Assembly: GCA_965223345.1 (NCBI GenBank)
Contig: CBDCWG010000012.1
Span: 3,040,001-3,104,000 of the forward strand
Reading direction: 5' to 3'
DNA length: 64,000 bases
From: Nitrospinales bacterium
GTDB lineage: Bacteria > Nitrospinota > Nitrospinia > Nitrospinales > VA-1
Part shown: positions 1 to 7,850 of the stretch, piece after piece
How the letters are laid out: each line of letters starts with the position of its first letter
Numbering within the stretch: position 1 is the first letter of the stretch
Position numbers and translations under genes: made by a program
The notes under the pieces: model-generated
The model's database searches: none
What the model was told of the DNA's origin: nothing
Seen by the model: the letters and a program-made list of their open reading frames with translations, nothing else

Positions 1-1113
1 TACTCAATCCCTGATGAAATTGGCTTGACCAAGCGTGAAATCAGCTCGTTTTCGGTTGTCCGGGCTTTGGCGAGCCTTGTCAACAAAGGCGACCTTAGGG
101 ACGCACCCTTTGAGTATGAAGTCCACCAAACCTACCAAAAACAATCTGGGCGTGTCCTGAGGGGAGAAAAAGGATTTCATGTCCCTTCGGAAGTGTTGCG
201 CGAAAAACGTGATTTGACGGTCGGCACGGCCACCGCTGGCGGCCACACAGTGGCTACCGACGTTCTAGGCAGCTCGTTCATCGACATTCTCCGAAATTCG
301 ATGCAGGTGGCACGCTTGGGTGCGACGATTCTGGACGGGTTGGTTGGCGATGTCGCAATCCCTAGGCAGACCGGGGCAGCAACGGCGTTTTGGATTGCAG
401 AGAATGCGAACCTCACAGAGAGCGATCACACTTTTGACCAAGTGCCCATGACACCCACAACTGTGGGTGGATTCACAGACCTTTCCCGTCGTCTTCTCTT
501 GCAGTCCTCGATCGACGTGGAAGCATTCGTCCGCCGGGATCTGGCCGCAATCATCGGCTTGGCCGTGGATTTGGCTGCTATCAATGGATCCGGTGCCGGC
601 AACCAACCTCTCGGGATCCTTGGAACCGCTGGAATTGGAGATGTTGACGGAGCCGGAGCGAATGGTGACGCCCCGACCTGGGCGGACATTGTAAACCTGG
701 AAAAAGAGGTTGCCGTGGACAATGCAGCCTTTGGAAGACTGGGTTATCTCACTAATTCCAGTGTTGTCGCTAAACTCAAGATCACTGAGAAGGCCGCTTC
801 AACGGCAAAATTCCTTATTGAGGACAAATTGCCAGAAGGTGGCTTTATGCAACTGAACGGGCACAGGCTCGCATCGAGCAACCAGGTTCCCAATAACCTG
901 GTTAAGGGTGCCTCCGGAGCAACCCTTTCCGCGATCATCTTCGGCAATTGGGCGGACTTGCTCATTGGCCAGTGGGGCGGGCTGGACATTCTGGTAGATC
1001 CGTTCACAGGCGGAATTTCTGGCAGGGTCCGGGTGATTGCGATGAGGGACACCGACATTGCCATCCGACACCCTCAGAGTTTTTCGGCCAAGCAGGACAC
1101 AGTTACAACCTGA
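1..1113 (+). CDS. Phage major capsid protein, HK97 fold (probably 5'-truncated by window edge)
   Basis: Frame open from base 1; motifs RDLTVGTATAGGHTVATD, IPRQTGAATAFWIAE, AINGSG, IIFGNWADLLIGQWGGLDILVDPF, IRHPQSF. Confidence 0.93.
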   Translation, partial: YSIPDEIGLTKREISSFSVVRALASLVNKGDLRDAPFEYEVHQTYQKQSGRVLRGEKGFHVPSEVLREKRDLTVGTATAGGHTVATDVLGSSFIDILRNSMQVARLGATILDGLVGDVAIPRQTGAATAFWIAENANLTESDHTFDQVPMTPTTVGGFTDLSRRLLLQSSIDVEAFVRRDLAAIIGLAVDLAAINGSGAGNQPLGILGTAGIGDVDGAGANGDAPTWADIVNLEKEVAVDNAAFGRLGYLTNSSVVAKLKITEKAASTAKFLIEDKLPEGGFMQLNGHRLASSNQVPNNLVKGASGATLSAIIFGNWADLLIGQWGGLDILVDPFTGGISGRVRVIAMRDTDIAIRHPQSFSAKQDTVTT

Positions 1114-1179
1114 CGCTGCCATTGCCATGCGTGGCTGGCATACCACGTAGGCAGCGCCAACCCGGCGGTTCTTTTTTGA

Positions 1180-1518
1180 TTGGAGACCCTCCTCTTTCCA
1201 ATCAAAGTTCTTCCCGCCGGTACACGGGGCGGGTGTTTCTGGCCATCCGTGAGCCCCCTCCCAAGCGGCCTTTCCAACCGCTTCACGGGGGCATTATCTT
1301 CCATATTGTTGAGGTGCGAGATGGGGAATTGGACCATACCAAAAGACCGAAAACGATATATTGACCGCATGTTGCGCCCATTGGGTGATGAATCCATTGA
1401 GGACCAAATAAAGCAGGAGGCGCGGACATTATGGGAGGGCTGCCAAGAAATACGAAAGCATCATCAATCCTTCCAACACTATGTGAATGCCCTGCTCAGT
1501 GGCGAAGAGAGGCTCTAA
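1180..1518 (+). CDS. Hypothetical protein (start uncertain; may begin at ATG 1321)
   Basis: ORF between capsid gene and cos-like site; no recognisable motif. Confidence 0.4.
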   Translation: METLLFPIKVLPAGTRGGCFWPSVSPLPSGLSNRFTGALSSILLRCEMGNWTIPKDRKRYIDRMLRPLGDESIEDQIKQEARTLWEGCQEIRKHHQSFQHYVNALLSGEERL

Positions 1519-1528
1519 ATTTCATTGC

Positions 1529-1572
1529 GGGTCCTTCCTGGCAACAAGAATTGCGGGTCCGCGGCAGCGCGG
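1529..1572 (+). other. Lambda-like cos packaging site (cosQ GGGTCCT; cosN TTGCG-GGTCCGCGGCAG-CGCGG)
   Basis: Same layout as lambda GGGTCCT...TTACG-GGGCGGCGACCT-CGCGG; AT-rich cosB-like region follows. Confidence 0.65.
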
Positions 1573-1713
1573 AAAACGGCTAGATATTAGGTTGAAAAAA
1601 CAGGTTTAAGTTTAAGGTTAATGGTTGAATGTAAATTTTTTTTAAATATCTGAATAAATATGCTTTAAGTGCGTTCGCTGTTCACTAATCGGTTTACATT
1701 TTTTTGTACATAG

Positions 1714-1742
1714 TTGACACCCTCCCTTCCCAAGCCCATATT
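1714..1742 (+). promoter_or_regulatory. Sigma70-like promoter for the c4-like RNA transcript
   Basis: TTGACA-17bp-CATATT. Confidence 0.6.
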
Positions 1743-1810
1743 CCCCATTGACCAAACCATAGGGGCGATCCCCTGGCCAAATGGGGTATTTTTATGCCCA
1801 AATTAGCTTT

Positions 1811-1874
1811 GGTCGAGTGTCCTGGATACCGTGAGGTCCGGGGCGGTTCCTATGGTCCGCGTCAGCACTCGGCC
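1811..1874 (+). ncRNA. c4/CI-like phage antisense RNA
   Basis: Outer stem GGTCGAGTGT/GCACTCGGCC; GNRA-capped hairpin ACC-GTGA-GGT; second hairpin GCGG/CCGC with loop CCTATGGT complementary to ACCATAGG (1756-1763); unpaired GTCA complementary to TGAC (1749-1752). Confidence 0.75.
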
Positions 1875-1897
1875 TTTTAAAATGGAGGGGAATTGCA

Positions 1898-2230
1898 ATG
1901 CAACATACTTCAAATCTAATTAAGTTCTTGAGAAAAGTCAGCCCTGACCTTAACGAAGATCAAAAATTAGAGATGGACAGAATTTTGGACCATGTGATCG
2001 AGGAGAACATGCAGGCTCTTAAAGGAGTCGGGCAACTTTTGGGGCATGCCAGTTGTGACAATGAAATGTATATAGAGGCAGAGGAACTTTGTGACATTGG
2101 GAATCTGATAGGTGGAATAGCCAGCATTACAGAAACTTCTTATTCGATGAGCCACACCAGGCTTGAAATGTTGAAGAGAGTAGCAGGTGAAAAGCCTGTG
2201 AAGATAGTTAAGGGGGGGGGCGGGAAGTGA
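1898..2230 (+). CDS. Hypothetical protein downstream of the c4-like RNA
   Basis: GGAGGG RBS, 110 aa, followed by terminator. Confidence 0.7.
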   Translation: MQHTSNLIKFLRKVSPDLNEDQKLEMDRILDHVIEENMQALKGVGQLLGHASCDNEMYIEAEELCDIGNLIGGIASITETSYSMSHTRLEMLKRVAGEKPVKIVKGGGGK

Positions 2231-2233
2231 ATG

Positions 2234-2265
2234 AAAAGGGGGAGCTGTTTAAGGTTCCTCTTTTT
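2234..2265 (+). terminator. Intrinsic terminator
   Basis: AAAAGGGGGAGC-loop-GTTCCTCTTTTT. Confidence 0.55.
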
Positions 2266-2313
2266 CGGAGCGAGGTTTGATGGCATTTAGATAGAAATTC
2301 CAAAAAATACAAA

Positions 2314-3033
2314 ATGGCTCAATCGCGAAAAGACCTTACAGAAAGGTACATTCGGACTTCATGGATCATCAAAATTCGGTTGATGAGTTCCCGACGCCAA
2401 TTATGGGGCAAACAAGTATCCCTAATCCATTTGGAAAGCGCTTGCTTACAAATGCGCAAGATTTGTGAATGCATTACGCAATTGTGTCTGATTGCCGCAG
2501 ATATTAATTTTAAGGATATTCCCAAAAAAATTCGCAAAATGTATGAGGTCGGCAAGATATTGAATTACCTTAAAAAGAGTAATCGCTTGAGTTTTATTTC
2601 TCGTGCTCGACTCAAGTGCGCTGATGAAGATTCAACACCTAAACTATGGACACTAGATAAAAAAGATCCTCAGGATGATGATCGGAAACGTGTTGTGAAA
2701 ATTTTCAACAGCTGTGGAAACATTATTCACGAGACTTCGGCATACAAGCCTTTTCCATGCACTACCGAGGAAGCGATCGGTACACTGGCGCACACCCGTA
2801 ATGCTATTTGCGCTGATCACCAATGGCTTTGGAATTTCATGTGGCAACATGCAATAAAAATCGTTGACTCAAAAATATTTTTCATTGATTTTCGCGATCA
2901 AAAAGTCCTAACAAGACCTTTGCTGATAAAGCATTCTGGATTTTTGGATCAAGAACTCGATTTCCAATTCGTTCCAGAATTCGTATCTGATTTCGTGGAG
3001 CCGGTGAACTGGGATGAATTTGATGACGCGTGA
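2314..3033 (+). CDS. Hypothetical island cargo protein
   Basis: 239 aa AT-rich ORF with ESACLQMRKICE and CGNIIH segments. Confidence 0.7.
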   Translation: MAQSRKDLTERYIRTSWIIKIRLMSSRRQLWGKQVSLIHLESACLQMRKICECITQLCLIAADINFKDIPKKIRKMYEVGKILNYLKKSNRLSFISRARLKCADEDSTPKLWTLDKKDPQDDDRKRVVKIFNSCGNIIHETSAYKPFPCTTEEAIGTLAHTRNAICADHQWLWNFMWQHAIKIVDSKIFFIDFRDQKVLTRPLLIKHSGFLDQELDFQFVPEFVSDFVEPVNWDEFDDA

Positions 3034-3127
3034 GTTTGGTCGGATGCAGTAAAAGTCTGCCCTAGATTAGGGAAACATGCGGATTGTTCCTACTCAACCA
3101 TATTTGAGGATTTTGAGTCGTTATCGA

Positions 3128-3181
3128 ATGTCCGCTTTTGGCCGAATGCGGACATGTCTGCTAACGACCCAAAGCGGATAT
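3128..3181. repeat. Two tandem imperfect palindromes (GTCYGC...GCGGA)
   Basis: ATGTCCGC-12-GCGGACAT and ATGTCTGCT-10-AGCGGATAT between convergent genes. Confidence 0.6.
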
Positions 3182-3221
3182 AACGAAATTTTTAAATTCT
3201 CTGACCACTTTGCAACTTTAA

Positions 3222-3434
3222 TTAATCGAGATTATTATTTTTTGAAGCATCTGGGTTTGAAACAGGTGTATTAACACCGTTAATTTTCCTAATATGATAA
3301 TTAGGGTAATTGTCAGCTTGTATTTCCTTCACAAACTGTGCTCTAGACATTACTTTCCCATTGCTATTATCCTTAAATTGTTGGTTTCTCCCAGAGTTAC
3401 TTTCTTTGGTAACCGTTATTCTCTTTCTAGCCAT
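3222..3434 (-). CDS. Small DUF3892-like protein
   Basis: AGGAG RBS before MARKRITV; C-terminal SNPDASKNNNLD resembles the family. Confidence 0.65.
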   Translation of the reverse strand: MARKRITVTKESNSGRNQQFKDNSNGKVMSRAQFVKEIQADNYPNYHIRKINGVNTPVSNPDASKNNNLD

Positions 3435-3495
3435 GATGTTATCTCCTAAATAGTGATTCAATATTGCTTAAAACTTATTCTGGCTTCTTTTTTTA

Positions 3496-3993
3496 TTATT
3501 GAGATGCAGATATTTCTACTGTTTTTCCTTTTTGCGTTTTCGTTAATTTCCCTTCCAGATCAAAGATTACTTCGATTGGAAGATTGGCCACATTTTGCCA
3601 AGCATTACCGCTATTTTTTTTCCTTTCCAGATCTATTTTAAAATTGTAGACCCCTGGGCCTTTTAGGTGAAACTGTCTAAAGTTTAAAATATTCCTTCTA
3701 TTTTGATATTTCAATAAATCAATTTCTGTTTCAATGCGATATAAAGACTTTTTATCAGGGGCAAATAAAGTTGCCCGAGTATTAACAATTTCAGGCTTAT
3801 TAAAAACAGAGCGGGTCCATAAAGTCGTTATTGAAAAGATGAAAGGAATTATAATCGTACTCCCCTTTTTATATTTAGCGGGCCCGGGTCCCGAAATAGT
3901 AATTCGCTCAAGGACATCAAATAGACTAAGGTTATTTGTATGATTATCTACTACAGCTTTATTGGATATAATGGACCATACATGTTTTGCCAT
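3496..3993 (-). CDS. DUF6941-like beta-sandwich protein
   Basis: AVVDxxTNNLSLFDVLERI and GPGVYNFKI motifs. Confidence 0.6.
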   Translation of the reverse strand: MAKHVWSIISNKAVVDNHTNNLSLFDVLERITISGPGPAKYKKGSTIIIPFIFSITTLWTRSVFNKPEIVNTRATLFAPDKKSLYRIETEIDLLKYQNRRNILNFRQFHLKGPGVYNFKIDLERKKNSGNAWQNVANLPIEVIFDLEGKLTKTQKGKTVEISASQ

Positions 3994-4074
3994 TAGCACA
4001 ACACCTGATAGAAAAATATTGCTTATTAATTTGATTTATACTGTTTAAAAATAAATCATAGAAACCAGAATATT

Positions 4075-4566
4075 TTAATTTATCCTAACGGGAGTATCCT
4101 GATTAATATTAGCCATCCAACCCTCATGAATTTCAGGGGGATATTCAGATTCATATGAAGAAGTTCTAGTAACAGAGAAGGTTATTGGTTCATTTTCAAC
4201 TTCAATCCGGTAATCGAAAAAATCATCCATGGCATTTGGTTGCAAGACCTCAATTCGATTTTCAGAAGATATTCTTTCTTTCCATTCGACAATTACATCT
4301 GTTGGTGCAATATGGATATGGGGTGCAGAATCTAAAGCAAGGGCTAATTTACAAATACTTTTAATCGATAAGTTCTCATTTCCATTTAATAGCTTGCTTA
4401 CATAAGCCTCAGAAGTACCCAAAAGGTTTGATAGTTTTTTCTGGCTTATTCCCTTTTTTTTCATTATTCGCCAAATGTCTTCCGTAAGTTCAAGAGAAAG
4501 TAATCCCTCCCAATAAGCTTGGGACTTCTTAGCATTACTTAAAAATTTCTTGTATTTCCTTTTCAT
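4075..4566 (-). CDS. XRE/HigA-type HTH antitoxin with long C-terminal extension
   Basis: MKKKGISQKKLSNLLGTSEAYVSKLLNGNENLSIKSICKLALAL; directly downstream of RelE-like toxin. Confidence 0.85.
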   Translation of the reverse strand: MKRKYKKFLSNAKKSQAYWEGLLSLELTEDIWRIMKKKGISQKKLSNLLGTSEAYVSKLLNGNENLSIKSICKLALALDSAPHIHIAPTDVIVEWKERISSENRIEVLQPNAMDDFFDYRIEVENEPITFSVTRTSSYESEYPPEIHEGWMANINQDTPVRIN

Positions 4567-4575
4567 AAAAATTCC

Positions 4576-4983
4576 TCAACATTTTGTAGTCAGTTTATTC
4601 TTAGCTTTATCATTAAAATAAGCATTTTTAATACTTTTAGCTTTCTCAATTTCTTCTGGAGGAGTTTTTTGGGTATCTTTAATAAAACCATGGGAGCAAA
4701 TTATCAAATTACCTTCATCATAAAAAAAAAGAACTCTCACCTTAGGTCCATTTTTTGGACCTGTCTTAAAATAAAAAATTTTATCCCCTAATGATCCAGA
4801 CTTATTTGGGTTTTTAGGCACGCCATGTGTGGGGACAAATTCTTGCAAAAGACCAAGCATTTTTTCCTTGTGAGTCTTACTTTTGGTTTCGTCTAATAAA
4901 AAATCTAAAAGTGGAATATCGTCATTATCTTTGGCGAAAGCTAAAACAGTCCATTTATTTTTTGCTATTTGAAATAACTTCAT
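4576..4983 (-). CDS. RelE/HigB-family toxin (Gp49-like)
   Basis: VRVLFFYDEGNLIICSHGFIKDTQKTPPEEIEKA motif; toxin-first gene order. Confidence 0.87.
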   Translation of the reverse strand: MKLFQIAKNKWTVLAFAKDNDDIPLLDFLLDETKSKTHKEKMLGLLQEFVPTHGVPKNPNKSGSLGDKIFYFKTGPKNGPKVRVLFFYDEGNLIICSHGFIKDTQKTPPEEIEKAKSIKNAYFNDKAKNKLTTKC

Positions 4984-5070
4984 CTTAACTAATGGGTTAA
5001 CTCTGTCAAGGCCCTTTTTCTTAATATGCGCAATCGCAATAACTTAACCCATAAGTTAACTTTTGTCAAG
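4984..5070 (-). promoter_or_regulatory. Duplicated promoter/operator of the TA operon
   Basis: Two TTAAC-N6-GTTAA palindromes (4985-5000, 5044-5059), each just downstream of a minus-strand TTGACA. Confidence 0.7.
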
Positions 5071-5187
5071 CTATCATTTGAAGTCAGCTTCATATGAATT
5101 GTCCAGGAAAGGGCTGGAAAATTGGGGATATGACTTTTGCCGGGTTTAGCCTGGTCGATCGGGCATCAATGTGAACCTCTGATTTTT

Positions 5188-5206
5188 GCTACCCATCACG
5201 CTACCC
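5188..5206. repeat. GCTACCC direct repeat (12-bp period), possible integrase arm site
   Basis: GCTACCCatcacGCTACCC about 50 bp from the tRNA 3' end. Confidence 0.45.
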
Positions 5207-5252
5207 CAAACAAAAAAAGAGCTGCCGGCAACCGACAACCCCTTCTTTTATT

Positions 5253-5329
5253 TGGTGCCCCCGAGACGACTCGAACGTCCGACCTACGGATTAGGAATCC
5301 GCCGCTCTATCCAACTGAGCTACGGGGGC
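5253..5329 (-). tRNA. tRNA-Arg (anticodon CCT)
   Basis: Reverse complement GCCCCCGTAGCTCAGTTGGATAGAGCGGCGGATTCCTAATCCGTAGGTCGGACGTTCGAGTCGTCTCGGGGGCACCA; 77-nt cloverleaf with CCA. Confidence 0.97.
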
Positions 5330-5708
5330 AATTTCTCAACGATCAATAAGATCTATGGTCTTTCCGATCCCTGGGATCTGCAAATAAACGATCCGTCCCA
5401 CTCCTGTCCCACTTTTTGGCGGTTTCGGGCATGAAAGAGAGGCGCTCACCTCGCTTCCGGGAAGGAAATTGTAGTCGTTTCTCACGAGGGATTCAATCCC
5501 TCCTCCCGCTCTTTATATTTGCACAATATAGCCAGAATGGGGGATGCTTGCTGAGTCTCATGGATGAAACGAGGCTTCAGGTAATTTCTGCGGAAAGTCC
5601 GGATTTGTTCAGCCGAATGGGTTGAATTGAGCCCTTTTTCCTGGGAAATTAGGGTATACCTTCAGAAAGCATCCGTAAAGCTGCATTTTTAAACCCAAAT
5701 CGGGGTCC

Positions 5709-6161
5709 TTGAGGATTGTGGAAACATTCGTGAAATCTCTAAAATTCTTTCCGATCCTACTTTTATCGGTCGGTTGCGCAACCATTCCGGGAGGGTTCAA
5801 GGAATCGGATCTGGTTTGGGAGGAAAGAAAGTTTGAAGCCACGCAGCAGGAGGTTCATGCGGCGATGGATAAGGGCTTCAAAACCTGCATCTCTTCCAAT
5901 AAATTCGATGTGAGCAAAGACTCCGGCAGGGCCTTACCTGGGATGGCCGAAGACGAAGGATTGTATATCGTCCGGTTGAAGCGGTTGCTGACCGCAGATC
6001 CTGTCTTTGGATTCATTCGAATCAAATCAATCGCGGAAAACGAGACCGCCGTCCGAGTCGGAATCAACAAACTGCATGAAAATCCCTCCCTGCCCGAAAA
6101 CGGGGACACAATCCGAAAGCGTTGGCTCAATTGGGCATCCGGAGATGTGGACTGCTCCTGA
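5709..6161 (+). CDS. Putative lipoprotein (paralog of 52024-52455)
   Basis: Lipobox-like SVGC after a hydrophobic stretch. Confidence 0.7.
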   Translation: MRIVETFVKSLKFFPILLLSVGCATIPGGFKESDLVWEERKFEATQQEVHAAMDKGFKTCISSNKFDVSKDSGRALPGMAEDEGLYIVRLKRLLTADPVFGFIRIKSIAENETAVRVGINKLHENPSLPENGDTIRKRWLNWASGDVDCS

Positions 6162-6303
6162 CACCCCCTGGCAGCGAATCCCCCCTCAACGGCAACGCTC
6201 TCAGTGATTCAATCGGTTCGGGTTGTGTCCGGATGACGATTCGGTGCGGTCCCCCCGTTTCAATCCATAAAATCTGCCGTCAATAAGACATTAAATATGC
6301 CCA

Positions 6304-6325
6304 AAATCACAGATAAATGTGATTT
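6304..6325. promoter_or_regulatory. Palindrome AAATCACA-N6-TGTGATTT
   Basis: 8-bp perfect arms, intergenic; same core at 52500 and 59628. Confidence 0.45.
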
Positions 6326-6488
6326 ATGAAGTTTTGATTTGCCTGATTATGCGCAAAAATAACTCATCCTCCAAGAAAACAGGGCGTCCCTTCCGGTTAC
6401 CCAGGTCCGGTCTTTTCGGTCTCGGAAGGGGCGTCCGATTAGATTCCACACCTGTTTCAGTGGTGTCGATGTGAAGGGAAATCATAAA

Positions 6489-7322
6489 ATGCCTCCCTTG
6501 GCCAAACATCCGCAAACGCAATTTGAGAAAATCATCGAGACGCCTTTAAAAATCATCGAGGCTCCCTTTTCGCCCAATCCTAAAAAGAAGTTCTCACTGC
6601 CGTCCTGGAGTTTGCTGATCTTGGGCGCCGCCATCGGGGCTCTCGTGTCCATCTGGTATGTCTCGTCTTCCATGGAAGCAAAAATCAAAAAAGAAGTCAG
6701 CATGGCCCCGATTGCCATCGATATGGCCACCACGAAATCCGCGTTGTCGGAAATCATCACCTCAGGCCGAGTGACAGGAATCTCGGGACCGCAAGGCCCT
6801 CAGGGCCCGCAAGGTGTTCCCGGTCCGGCCGGCCCGAAAGGCGAACCCGGCCCCCCCGGGGCTGCCGGTCCAAAGGGAGTTCAAGGTCCACCCGGAATCG
6901 CAGGAATCAATGGCATCCCGGGACCTCCCGGTGCTAAAGGCGATCCGGGTCCGAAAGGCGACATCGGTCCGCCCGGCCCGGCAGGACCTCCCGGCCCCGC
7001 CGGGAAAATGGACCTGAATCAGCAGGCGGCGCTGTTTGAAGTATCGGGATGGGAAATGCTGGAAAGCGATATTCAAAAAGTTGCCGCCGGAGAAAAGAAA
7101 TCGATCATCATGCAGTGCACGCCCGGAAAGATTTTGCTGGGAGGCGGGTACAACGCGATCGGCTGCGATGAATGTGCCGGAGAAAGCAACTATCCCATGA
7201 GCAGCAACTCGTGGAAATCCACCCTGGTGAACCGGAAAAGCGACAGCTCCATCGATTTTCAGGTCTATGTGTTGTGCGCCAGGCCCAATTTCAGCCTGCA
7301 AAAAGCCCGAAAAGTCGAATGA
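6489..7322 (+). CDS. Membrane-anchored collagen-like protein
   Basis: One N-terminal TM helix, about 26 Gly-X-Y triplets, Cys-containing C-terminal domain ([12 protein letters not shown]...VYVLCA). Confidence 0.88.
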   Translation: MPPLAKHPQTQFEKIIETPLKIIEAPFSPNPKKKFSLPSWSLLILGAAIGALVSIWYVSSSMEAKIKKEVSMAPIAIDMATTKSALSEIITSGRVTGISGPQGPQGPQGVPGPAGPKGEPGPPGAAGPKGVQGPPGIAGINGIPGPPGAKGDPGPKGDIGPPGPAGPPGPAGKMDLNQQAALFEVSGWEMLESDIQKVAAGEKKSIIMQCTPGKILLGGGYNAIGCDECAGESNYPMSSNSWKSTLVNRKSDSSIDFQVYVLCARPNFSLQKARKVE

Positions 7323-7850
7323 ATCCGGATTTGATCAAGTCATTCTTTTTAATGGGTTGATCAACTGCGGCCCGTCATTCCGCCTTTTCGATTCCCCTCC
7401 CCAGACGCACTCCCCTCATCCTGAACCGGTTGCCTTTGGCCGCAACTTACAGCTCAAGCGCCCTACCGTCTCTAGCCATTGAAATCCACTGCGTCTGGTG
7501 TGGGCTGAGCCCCCAGCTCACCTCGCAAAAACATTAAGTAGAACATCCAAGGTGGTTGGTTCCCACCAGGTGGCGTCGGAATGGTTGAGTTCTATTCCGC
7601 ACACACTTCAGATCCGCAATCCCCCCTTATCGTTGAATTCGTTATTTTTGTTCCCTATTGACAAACAGGAATACGGGGAACAGATTTTACATATCCACAT
7701 AAAATATTCAGTTGATAGAACTTTTAATATACAAACAGACCTGTTGCTTGGGTCATCCGCTAGATTCCCCTCCTTCCACTCAATGACCCAACTTTTCACG
7801 CTAGCAGACTATTGAAAAGAAGTGACACGGTCATCTGTCTGGAGGGAATC

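Larger units (their letters stand above)
1..5252. mobile_element. End of an integrated phage satellite/prophage-like island inserted at the tRNA-Arg 3' end; other boundary lies outside the window
   Basis: Capsid gene, cos-like site, c4-like RNA, AT-rich cargo and TA pair, ending at the 3' CCA end of a minus-strand tRNA; no integrase in the window. Confidence 0.8.

Noticed and set aside
5137..5434. ORFs spanning the tRNA
   Set aside because: Translations of the tRNA antisense strand
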